Below, piece by piece: positions 39,848 through 51,737 of a DNA stretch of 64,000 bases. Within the stretch, counting starts at the first letter, position 1, and each line of letters begins with the position of its first letter. A program made the translations under genes and the position numbers. This DNA comes from Trichosphaerium sp. ATCC 40318. Its lineage: Eukaryota > Protista > Tubulinea. Location of the stretch: contig JALMLS010000017.1 of the NCBI GenBank assembly GCA_038496445.1, positions 258,560-322,559 on the forward strand, given 5' to 3'. The notes beneath the pieces were generated by a model. It searched no databases and was not told the DNA's origin. It saw only the letters and a list, made by a program, of their open reading frames with translations.

Positions 39848-41723
39848 CAGAAATTCTGTACAGCTACCTTTTTAGTTTTTTTTTTGAAATTGTTTTTGCA
39901 AGGCTACCTTATATTCTTTATTTGATTGGAAAGTACAGTTTGCTCTTCTTGAGATTCTACCAAGAGTTGTAATTGTATTTCTTGCTTTCGTGCATTGATA
40001 TTATGTAAACAAGAATTAAAAAATGATTCCAAAGCACCCAGTCTTGATAATAAGTACAGTTAGTTTTTTTGGTTTTTTTTTTTGTTTTTTTCAGAAAGTT
40101 GGACGTACTGTGCTAATGATAATGTGTCATATTTTAAACCTAGCAGATTTTCTACTTTAAGTTCTAATTCTGTACAAAGAGGCACTTGTTCTTTCATCAG
40201 TCTCTCATAGTCTACCTTTGAAGGAAAAAAAAAAGAAAGTGAGTATTTTGTGGCAAAGTTGTCGTCGAAGCTTACTGGTTCGTTGGATCCTGGAGGAATA
40301 GAAACAGGTGTAAAAGTGGCTGGAACTTTTGGCTTAGGAGCTTTTTGTATAGATACATTCATTTTGACTGGTGCATCGACCTTCTTCTTATTGCCAATAA
40401 TTTTTGCCTTAGCATCAACTTTCTTCGTATCTCCTACTGTTGTCCAACCAGAACTAGCACGTGTTTCCCTATGTGGCATTGAACTTGCTGTAGGTCGTGG
40501 CCTTGGTGAGTGTTGTTGAGTTTTTAAAGATTCTGTAAGTTTTGGTCTAACAAAACTTGCTGCCTTTGTTTCTTGTAGTTTTTTTGGAACAAATGGCTTC
40601 TTTGGTGCACCTTTCTTTACTGAACTAGCCTTAGGACCTCCTTTTTTCGGAACACCTTTCTTTGGTGCACTTTCCTTTGGTACACCTCCTTTCTTAGGGA
40701 CACTTTTCTTTGGTGCACTTTGTTTAGGTGAAGATTTACGCTGTTTTTTTTTCGTATTTCTTTTTTGTTTTGTACGTGGTTTTTTATCTTGGTTAAATGC
40801 ATCCATAGAATTCTTCAATGCGCGATCCTCAAGTTCTTTCCACTTTTTGTTTAAATATGATATTGTACGCTTATCTTTTGTTAGTTTTGCAGCGCGTATA
40901 GCATCTACATTTGTTTTATCTTTAAGCGTCAAATCAGCACCAGCCTCAATGAGTACTTTAACAATCTGCAAAGACGTCAACTTGTTACATTTAAATAACG
41001 GCTTCACGTACATCTACATTACCCATACCAGCTGCCAATATTAGTGCTGTTTTACCTCTCATATTTCTAGCGTTTACGAAGGTTTTAAACTCGCTTTTTG
41101 ATACTGGAATTACAAAAAATTACATCAAAGTGAAATGATAGTATTTTGGCGTACATTTAGTTCTTGCTTCATTAAGAAGCAGCGCCGCTACTTGAGCACT
41201 TGATACAGCGCAATGTAGAGCAGTCATTTTGCTTGATCGGTTCGCAGCAATTAAAGAAGCTCCACTTTTTACTAAAACTTCCACAGCTTCATATTTATTT
41301 GCCAAACACGCGAACATGAGTGCTATAGAACAATGTCAAGAAAAGTTGTACCAATACAGATAGTTTGGCTTACGAGTGTCTCCTGACGCGTTAGATTGAT
41401 TACAATCACCTTTTGGGTGCTGACAAAGCGTAGTTACGATTTCAGCATGTCCATGTTTGGATGCGAAATGTAGTGCTGTGTTACCCGTCTTAGGCGTAGT
41501 TATAGCTGGATCAGCCCCCTTTTCCAGCAACATGTAAACCTAATTTGGTCAAAGATTGATAGTGGGGCCAAGTTACCTTTACAAGATCTCCGATGGAAGA
41601 ATTCGTCATAAGAGGCGTAATTCCAGCCTTATCTGCGGTATTAACACCAATTCTGGGCGATTTTATTGAACCAGTGCCCTTGCGCCGTTTCGGGCTCTTA
41701 GGGCCTTTGGGGCTAATTGACAT
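39848..41723 (-). CDS. Ankyrin-repeat protein with Lys/Pro-rich low-complexity region (spliced; 3' end approximate)
   Basis: GITPLM, GNTALHFAS, MTALHCAV and GKTALILAA ankyrin motifs; PKK repeats. Confidence 0.85.
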
Positions 41724-41905
41724 GATAATTCGTATAAATGTACCAAAGTACTACACAGTTTTAAGCGCGTAAGCAAAATAAGAAGTAGAAAATTAAAAAA
41801 GGCTTAAGTCTGCCAAAGTCGGAATGCCAATACAAAATATGTTATTGACAAACAAGTGCAATAAAACACCAAATAAAACCAAACACAGTCTTTACAAATT
41901 CTATT

Positions 41906-44900
41906 CTAGATATATTTTCCTGCCCACGTGTTTTTTGAATAGTCTGAGCGTTTTGAAACATAAGATTCTAGTTCGTCCTTTGGCATACCCGCCAACTCGC
42001 TGAACTCGCTTATAACAACCGAAAGTTGCTCAGGGCTGACAGTGTGAAGTTTTCCGATTGCAACAAATATCTGTGCTTTGGTTGTCATCTCTTCAATGCC
42101 AAGCTTTGCAACAAGCTTTTCGTAATTCTTTAGATCCCTTTTTTCAGAAATATGTGAGTCGAGAGTGCTAACATAGGCAATACACGTACAGCATGAGCAC
42201 CATACCACCAAGTCCAAATGCAACGTTATATTTTTTAATATGCTTCAATATGGCCCTAGCAGTTATTTAAGTTTGAATAGAAATAAGTTCTAAATGAATA
42301 TTATGTTCGTACGTTATCAACCTATCACCAAGCTCCCTAAAGAATATATCCATATTTTTCCCGTCAAGAGAATCAATTACGATTAAGTATTGATCAGTGA
42401 TATATTCTACTACTTTAGTGCAAGCCTGGATATTGATGTTAAACGAGTACACATGTAAAACTATTTTTGTACACTTGTAGGAAACTCAGGATTGAAGTCT
42501 TCCATCTTTGGTTTAAAGTCATTCCATTTTTGCTCTTTACTCAACAATCGCTCAACCCATGCAATGATAGCTAGTTAAACATTAACAAATAAGTGCTCAC
42601 AGTTGTGTAGCTAATTGAGTACTCACCCGTGAGGCCCTTCACTAGCCCTATACTTATTTTTTCCTCAAGGTCAAATAACAATCTGTCTTTTTCTGAAATA
42701 CATACTTGCTCCTCTTCCACGAAATCGCTTAATCTATCCTGCTCCAAATGTGGCCGCTATGTGATATTTTTAAGTCATATTTACGTTTGTATTGAACGTA
42801 CAATGTTGGTAAAAAAGAGTTTTTGGAGGTTGATGATGTTCAAGTTGACAAGTTTGCTACACTCAAATAGCTCCTTTGTTGATACATACCGTCTACCTTC
42901 CGAGACGCGCTTTATGACACTAAATAAGTTAGACAATGATTCAAATGTTTCTTTTTTCATACCCAGTAAGAGCAACGACCATGTATTTATCACCAAATTC
43001 TAATATCAATGTTTGAAACAACTTACGCATATTTTGTGCTCTATCTTCAGGACAAGACAGCAAAGCACATCGCTTAAAACCTTCAAGTCCTCTTTCTATT
43101 GTGCGTCATTAATTGATCACTTCTAGACAACGTACGTATATAATCCAGTGACGTGTCGAGTGTCAGACGAGGACCAACATCAACTGCACCCTAACCCATT
43201 TTAACAGCGAACAAAACAACCTCATACCTGTGTTAATGTTTCAAAAAAGCTCGTGTTAGCAGCGTCACGCTCTTGTTCGAGTTTCATGCGTTGTTCACTT
43301 AGTTTTCCAGAATAGAATTCCTCCATTGAGGCAATCTCAAGGTCAATATACTCAGGGCTCTTTGTGTAGCGTGTGAACACGTGCTCAACCAATGGAGAAA
43401 GCTTTGTATATGGTACGAACTCCGTAAGCTTATTGATAAGATCCTATAAATTATGTGAGTGACGTGTTGTTTCCAAGAACGTACCCGGGTTTTTTTAAAT
43501 GCAACTTCGAGAACTTTGAGATAAACACCTTTGTTAGATTCAACACGATTAAGCATTATTTGCACAAGGCGCTGCACCTACAACCAAGGTGTTAACCAAC
43601 ATAAATTGTGAATGGCGCTACCTTTGTTGTAAATGTGACTTCTATAAGCTTCCACACCACATACTGTGGATCAGGAAAAACCTTTATAATAACACTTTCA
43701 TATTCTCTTTTTATACCCGTTTCTATTGTTGAATAAAACTGCTACTAGTTAATCATTACACAATTGACTATGCTCACCTCTTCAATACGTTCTGGTATGT
43801 CACCTGATCCTTCTACTACCACAGGTTCCTCTCCCTGCTGTTGAGCTGAGAGTACTACTGCTGCCGCAGTGATGAGCTCATTTAACCTATCAAGCAGATC
43901 CATCTGCGCACATTCATTAAACGATGCCACAAACTCTACGTACCATTCGTATGTACTCATTGAGACACTTTTCTCTACTCAATTCTGGTGCTTGAAACAA
44001 TGTCTTTGAACATGCTTTCATTTTCTTTATATTAACTTCCCTACAGCCCTATACACTCATAAATTTTATTGTTGCAAAACAAAACAAAAAAAGTTACCTT
44101 CATGAAGCGTTTGCGCAAGAGCTCCTCTAACTCTCTATATTTAGTATCTACATTGGCAATTGCTACTTTCATTCTCTCCCTTGTTTCTAAATTCTCAGCC
44201 CTACTGAGTTCCCGTGTAACAGCTTTTAGTTTCTGCAATATGAGCATGTTCTAAAAAATAAGTATTGGTCCTAACAGGGCGACTCGTACCTCGTGGAGCC
44301 TCGCTTGATCTGCAAATCTCTGAAAAAAAATATAAGCTCAAAATTCGTGCAAATCAACACACCTTTGGGAACTTGCGTTCTCGCTCATTGAACTCTAGAA
44401 TAAACCGAATAATATCTTGTGCATCTTTGGCTCTATTCCTTTGTTGATCTACGCCTTCAAGCGTGCCTACGATAAACAATGAGTATATACACAACCAGTA
44501 TTTACTTACCGCCAATCTTTACTGCTGTGGTTGATATTGTAGTTATTGTGTTATCCAATGCATCAAAGTTTCCAAAGACTGTTTCGAGTTGTTTATTTAA
44601 GAAAGATAGTTTTGTTCGATAATCAAACTCAGCTGTGCCACATTCTTTTGCAAATACGCCAATCTTACCTTCAATCTAAAAGCAATTTGTACGGACTCAA
44701 AGGAAATGAAATAATTACCCTACGTCTCAAAGCAGTCAACTCTTCCAATGTATCAGTGAATACAGTTTGAAAAGGTGTAGGATCGAATGGCTCTCCTTGA
44801 CTCTGTAATGAGTATGGTATTATATACTAGTTGCATACCTTCTATTTCTAGATTCTTGCGTCCAGACTCTTCTCGTGCCTCAACAACTATCTTGCGAGAG

Positions 44901-45009
44901 AGACTTTCTATAAAAGTTTGCGCGTTAAATTTCTCCTGCAAAAGGTGTAAATCACGTGTTTGCAAAAAACGTTCTGTAAGCTAGTACTTTAAAATTCTTG
45001 TCTCTCCAT
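41906..45009 (-). CDS. EXOC5: Exocyst subunit Sec10 (spliced; start uncertain)
   Basis: FNAQTFIESLS at the N-terminus, QK.NDFKP, ACTKVVEYI, LDGKNMDIFFRELG, GG..L..DLKNY and YVSKRSDY. Confidence 0.85.
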
Positions 45010-45099
45010 GTGCGTTTTAACTTGGTATGTGGCCTGTTTCCAGGCTTATTTTTTGGTATTTTGAGCGCCTTGACGAGGAGTGGTTTCGCTTTTAAGGCG

Positions 45100-45530
45100 T
45101 TATTTTGTGGCCTGTAATTCCCAATGTTGTACCTTTTATAAATACTCTACTTGATTTACTGAGCAATGGTACTTTGTCTGCATCACAATACGGGAAAAAC
45201 CAAACGTTTCTATGTTTGTTGAAGCCAAGTTTCGCTAGGTAGTTTCTAACGTCTATTTGTGTTATTTGACGCAACCACAAGGAAATTGAAGGTATTTCAA
45301 ATAAAATACAAGTAAAAAGAGTTAAACGACAACGCACCGTTTCCAACGTTTGGCTTTAGTGCTTCCTCTAGCTGTAAGAGGCCTTCAGCCGATATACGCC
45401 AGCTCCAATTTGTCTTCCAGCTGAAATTTTTGTTTTTGTCGTTCTGCAATCGCGTAAATATAGCGTGGCACGCTTGGTGTTGCTCATCGGTAACAGAGCT
45501 CTTCACCCAATCTACATCACCGAAAATCAT
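45100..45530 (-). CDS. Small hypothetical spliced ORF, or an N-terminal extension of Sec10
   Basis: MIFGDVDW...VGN/DVRNYLAKLGFNKHRNVWFFP joined by a GT-AG intron. Confidence 0.45.
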
Positions 45531-45628
45531 TGCTACAGCGTCAATTAACAGCCAGGAGTAAATTAACGACTTGACGGGTAAACTGTAAGTCAATTTACTA
45601 GATTTGACATTTGTAAAAATTCAAAAAA

Positions 45629-47732
45629 ATGCTACAAGGTGCATGAGCTCTCTTCTCACTTGACACTGACAAACTATCATAGCATTCAAAGCCAAAGCGC
45701 TATACCCGTACTATGCCGGTAAAAAAGCGGTTTACAACGCTGAGCGGACATTAGAAGTTGTTGAAAAGTCCACTAACGCACGATCAACGCTTCGATAATC
45801 TCCTAACCGGGTTTAGACAACTTTTACAAAAGTAAGTTGTGCCCCGCCACAAGAAGTTCAAAAACTAATGGCAAAAGCCGCCAGTAAGAGCAGCGAACTA
45901 TCAGTACGCAGCAAAGTTTTTCAACAATTGTTAACAATCAATCCTGCAAGAACTTTAAAAGCTATGAACGTAAGCAAGTTCTTCTACAAATAGCGGGAGA
46001 AATAGAGAACAGAAAACGCGAAATAGCGGAGGTTCTATCCATGGAAGTTGGCAAATCAATAACAGGTACACTAAAAGGGTAAGGTGTCAGAAAGAAATGA
46101 CAACTGTCGCAGACTCCATGGGAGAAGTAATGAGAGCCATAGAGACCTTTACAATCTCAGCAGAGGTACGTAACGATACTTTTTTATAGCATACATACTA
46201 AGCGTGCGAAGGAATCTGTCCGTCAGGTACATCTAACTTTTGGATTGCCTAATGCGTAATTATACACATATAGCAAGGCTCCGTTGATAAACTTGATATA
46301 TCTCAACGAAACTCTGGGTATTCATCTATTACCACGAAATTCCCAATTGGTCTTGTGTCTATGATTGTACCTTTTAACTTTCCGCTTAATTTGGCCGCGC
46401 ACAAGGTATAATCCGCATTGTTTTATGCCTAAAATAACGTTGAATAGGTTGGTCCTGCCATTGCGACAGGATGTCCCTTCGTTCTCAAACCCAGCGAAAG
46501 AACACCCCTTAGCGCGTCAATATTAGGCGAGATACTTGCTAAAACCAATCTTCCAGATGATAGGTAGGAGTTCCTACAATTTTATGTTGCTAATAAACGT
46601 TGTAGTTACGCCATTCTACCAACACTTGTAGATGACGCACCTCTTTTTTCCACTGATCCAAACATCAAAGTACGTCTGGTTTACAGTGCTATATATTTTT
46701 ACAATCACGTAGATGATTTCTTTTACTGGCTCTCCTAAAATTGGCTGGCTAATTAATGAAAAAGCAGGAAAAAAGAAAGTGGTAAGGATAAGACATCGTA
46801 TTCTACTCAATAATTTGAACAGGCTTTGGAACTTGGCGGTGACGCAGCATGCATCATCGATGCATCCGCTGATCTAGATAAAGCCGCAGCCAGAGTAACA
46901 TTTGGTGCATTTTATGGAGCAGGTAAAATTCCTGAAAGAATAAGAGTTGTATTTAAGATTAGCGTAGGCCAAAGTTGTATCTCTGTTCAACGTGTATACA
47001 TACATGAGTCTGTCTACGACGCATTTATGACTAAATTTGTCCAAGCCACAAAGGCGCTAAAAGGAGGCAATCTACTCGATGATAAAACGTTCATTGGACC
47101 TTGTATTGCACCAGAAGAAACTGACAGAGTAATGACTTGGGTAAAGGAGGCAATAGCTAAGGTAATGGGTAAGAAAGCTGTGACACGCTAAAACCTTCTT
47201 TAGGGGGCTTCTGTAGAGTCTGGTGCCACAAACCAAGGTAATGTCATGACACCAACTATCCTCAGTAATCTCCCAAGTACGTAACAAATATATATTGCCT
47301 CATGTAATGTTTGTCCAGGTGATTGCACTTTGGCCAAAAATGAGGCTTTTGGGTACACGTTGCACCAACCGTTGGTAACTTTTTTGTAACAATTTCGTAG
47401 GCCTGTCTGCAATGTTGAAAAATTCAGTGACCTATCCACTGTCATAGAAAAGATAAATACATCTGACTTTGGATTACAAGCTGGTATCTTCACAAGCAAT
47501 ATTCAACACGCCTTCCAAGCATACAAGCAACTAGAAGTGGTACGCAGCATACATACAGTAATAGCATTGATGTTTGTAGGGAGGACTCGTTGTGAATGAT
47601 GTGCCAAGTGCCAGAGTAGATTCAATGCCGTACGGTGGTATCAAAGACAGTGGTGTAGGCCGTGAAGGCGTTAAATTCGCCATGGATGATATGACAGAAC
47701 TAAAAGTAATGTTAATGAAAGATCTCTTGTAG
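45629..47732 (+). CDS. Aldehyde dehydrogenase (bacterial GAPN/lactaldehyde-DH-like type; spliced)
   Basis: PFNFPLNLAAHKVGPAIATG, KPSERTP, FTGS, LELGG, GQSCISVQR (catalytic Cys), EAFGP and MPYGGIKDSGVGREG. Confidence 0.93.
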
Positions 47733-47834
47733 ACAGAATGCCAATACTGAAGCCTTGTTGATTTTTCACAAAAATTCATTGTCTTTTCTTGTTTGGTCCT
47801 CGTATTCAGCAAAAGTATTAAACAAAACACAAAC

Positions 47835-50682
47835 ATGATGAAAGGCAGCGGGCCTAGCAAGGGCACATACATGGACATCTTCTGTGCCGCTAAAGAAGGG
47901 CTGTTAAAAGAAGTTTCATCAATGTTTGAAGCAGGTTACGCTATAAACTACTTATACGCACTCTGACGCATATTAGAACCTCGTCTAATTAAAACTCGTG
48001 ATAAATATGGCAACACACCACTGTACTACGCCTCCCTATGTGGTACGTGCTCTAGACATGATGTGCAGTTTAAAACGTAATTTATAGGTCACGAAGACGT
48101 TGTCACATTTCTTCTTGCCAACGGCGTCAAATATAACCCTGGAACGATTGACGGACAACGTGTTTACTTGTCCGCACTAAGTCTAAAAGTTCGCGAGATT
48201 CTGAAACAAGCATCTTCAGAACTCACTGGTGAAGGTAGGTTTTTCTTCAATACTCCATAAATAACACTCATAGAATCACGGGATTGGGCCAATCGCAAGG
48301 CGGATTTCAAAGTTAACCTGGACACTGACAGCCTCGTTTTGTACAACCTTTCAGCGAACGGGTACATAAATCCTTGTTTGAGTCTTCAGTATTGCTAAAC
48401 TACACTAGTACTGTGGAGACAATAGAAGGCGCGCTAGGGAAAAAGTCACAGCGTAGAGTACGCTACATGCTCAGCAATCCTAACAACAAGTAAGCATATC
48501 GTGCACTTAGTCAATTAAACTAAACAAAAAAAAAAAGAGGTTATCACATGCTTGATTATGCTGCAAGTAAATCAAATGTACCTGTAATGGATTTCTATCA
48601 CAGCCGCGGTGTAGATTTAACGATCTCTGCTCATCTTAAGATTTGTTATGACATGTGGTATGTGGAATCATTTCGTTATTGTTAATATACTCACTACAAC
48701 AGCAATGGTCCTTTACCAAAGTTTTCATCTCCAAACATCAGGCTTACAATTAAAGGTACCCCCAAGTAAATGATGTGTTGTGTTTATTAAATTGATTGTA
48801 GGGAAAGCTGCTTCGAAAGTATTCATGCTTCACAGCCTAATATTACGTTGTTTGGCTCCTGTCATCTCTCAAAGATTCAACTTAACTCTGTCAGAAGGAC
48901 AACGTATGTCTAGTATTTAAATACACTACAACTAACTCAATCAAAGAACACATCGTAAATGAAATTGCAGAAATTGAAGTTGATTTGAAACACTTCCTGC
49001 CACTTACAAGCTTCGACCAACTCGAAGCTCTCTTTAAGTATATTTACAGTGGCATTTCGCCTACGCACCCGGATATAAGAACTGCAATTAGCAAATTTTG
49101 CAGAGCCTACAACACGTCAATTTCATTAACCAAATCGTACGGTCTTGTACAACCATGTATTATTCCTAACTAAGGGCTTTTCATCATATAGAGCTACTCA
49201 CCATCAAAGCTTATTGAGTGCTATTAACAACCCTACTGGATCCGATATTGTTCTTCTTGTGGGGGTACTTTAAACCTTTTTTTTTGCACCTTTCCTTTGT
49301 TTACTAATTACGTTGTTAGAACAAACCAATTTTCTGCCACCGAATGCTCCTAAGCCGTGTGCCATTCTTTCGTGCATTATTTTTAGGACCTAATGCCACC
49401 CAACGATCAGTGTTACCAGGTAATGATTCTTTTAACCTGCTCCTGCTCAACGCCTTTAGTGAGTGGTGTTGACACTTATGCCTTTTTGCATCTACTTGAG
49501 TGGATTTACACTGGAAAAATGCAGCACTTGTCAAAGTGTTACTCTAAGTACCAAAGCTACAATCCAGAGGTATGAATTTCACTTTTACTACACTTGTCTA
49601 ATTCTTTTTGTACAGCCTAAATACCAATCATACAATTGGAATGTGCCATCCCTTAGAAAAATTACATTAACGTACATGGCCAGCAATGCTGATAAAATTA
49701 ATTGGACACCAGCATGCGAAGCAATGTTTATCACTGCGCTTACATCTCATAATACCAATTCCAATATGTTTGCTGATATGAACCCAAATCGTTATGCGGT
49801 TAGTCTTCCAGGCAAATTAACACGTGAATTACACTTACAATCTCACTGGAAATTAATCTCAAACTTGGCTCATCTAGCCTCGTTTTTTAGAATTAATGAT
49901 CTTCAAGGTATGTAAGATTGTATACTTTTTAATGCTAACAAATCCCCAGCCTTTATTCAGAATCAGTTGGGTGTCATTACTAAAGATTCTATGAATGAGA
50001 CAGAAATTTGTGGCTTGTTCCTTTGGGCAGAGGCAACTCAACTACTCGAATTTAGAGAACAATGCTTTGATTATATTGTTGATAATTATGGTACTTTTAT
50101 CACTTCTTATACGCTCTTCTCACTAGTGTATAGGCATGGTCCAACGTTTTGACAAACACTTCGATAGTATCCCAAATCACCACAAACACTCGTTGAAACT
50201 TAAAGCAGCAAACAGACCGGCTTGGATTATTGCAGAAGAACGACAGTACGAATCTACCTTACTATAGTTGCTAACGACAATATAGAGCTATTGAAGCTTT
50301 AGAAGCATCACAGATTGCTTCTAATCTAACCAATGCAAAAGCCATCATCGAAGCTGCTAAAATTACACAGGAGAAAGAAAGAAGTACGATATAAAATGAG
50401 TTTGTTGTAACACTAAAATTAACATACACTAGTTGCGTTCAAAATAAAATCTGAGGAGAAGAAAGCTGCCGAGGAAGTGGCATTGAAACAAAAGAAGAGT
50501 GCTGCCTATCAAGAAAACTTAGCTCTGAAGAAATACGAGCAACAAGAAAAAAGAAAGCTGATGGCTGAACAAAAAAGACACAAGAAAGGCATGCAGGAAG
50601 CTGATGGTACGCACACATGTAGTATTGTAATGAATCTAACAATCATTTTTTAGAAAATGGTGGGTTTGACGCCGGATTTTAG
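47835..50682 (+). CDS. Ankyrin-repeat and BTB/POZ domain protein (ABTB1-like; spliced)
   Basis: DKYGNTPLYYASLCGH ankyrin; BTB motifs SDIVLLV...FCHRMLLSRVPFFRALF...FLHLLEWIYTG; coiled-coil tail. Confidence 0.8.
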
Positions 50683-50776
50683 ATGTCTAGTTAGAATACA
50701 AGTGTAACTATGAAAATAAACTGGAAGTCTTGATAATATTGAAAATTACATTCATTTTGTTTGAGCAGCCAAAAAC

Positions 50777-51673
50777 TCAAATATTTACATCTGGCGTTGA
50801 CCTAAACATGTCGTAGATGACATTGCCCCAGGTGGCTGTTTGTTTTTTTAAGGATACCTACATGTGTTGTGAGTGGTAGATGGTAACGAGTATCTCTATT
50901 ACGTACGGTATAAGGGAATGGTGCAGAAATGTCACTTCGTGTCAGTGGTGGAATTTTACGTAGATTATTTGTGCTGTGATTTACGATTTCCATGACGAGA
51001 GAGCGTAAATCATTACCAAGAAGCTTCCGTCGCTCTTCTAAATGTTAGTGACAAGGTCAGGTAAATATTAGACGAACCTGCTTGTGCTGGCAGAGGTGTA
51101 TCGATGATGTTTAATACAATGATCCACTCTTCCCAAGGTACTTTTTCTTGCTACTGAAGAGTCAACTCTGCACGGACTGAAAGACTACGAACCTTAGGTC
51201 GGCTCAATAACCAGCTTTGAGATGTTTTGAAAGTATGAAATCTGATCATTATCTGTCGTAAAAATCAATTGACGCCACGCAATACTATGGTTCTCGCACC
51301 TCTACAGGCGATTTTACATTTTTTGCCTTGATTTCTGCTTCTATATTCGCTACAGAACTATCTATTCCCCTCACAATCTCTTCTTCATCAACACACGACT
51401 ATTACGCGATTACAATAGGACAAGGCACATAATGCGTACGTAACAAATGTCTAAGTCTTCTAAAACGACCTGAGCGGGCTGAATACTGCCCAAAGCACGC
51501 GTAAATATTATTGTACTTAGTATGCCTAAATTTAATTACAATAGATACGCTGTGACCTACATACAGCGTATTGAATCTCTAACGTAACGTAATTCGACGT
51601 TCTAGTAACAATTAGACAGGAATTCGAGAAAACAGCGTACAAGTTCCTTCAAGCGTATCATAAGGCCACTCAT
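50777..51673 (-). CDS. ATG101: Autophagy HORMA protein ATG101 (spliced)
   Basis: GILSTIIFTRALGSIQP, KVPWEEWIIVL and KIPPL...APFPY match ATG101 conserved blocks. ATG at 51673, TGA at 50777. Confidence 0.8.
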
Positions 51674-51721
51674 ACTCAGCTGGGTGATTAAAAAAGTATC
51701 TTGTGGTGTTTTGGTGCGTGG

Positions 51722-51737
51722 TTCGGTTTTAAATGTT
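51722..51737 (+). repeat. Target-site duplication, left copy
   Basis: TTCGGTTTTAAATGTT, identical to 60074-60089. Confidence 0.9.

Noticed and set aside
50850-50857. Second GTATCCTT (minus strand) as a U12 donor
   Set aside because: It is the start of the last ATG101 exon (VSL...), directly after an acceptor AG.
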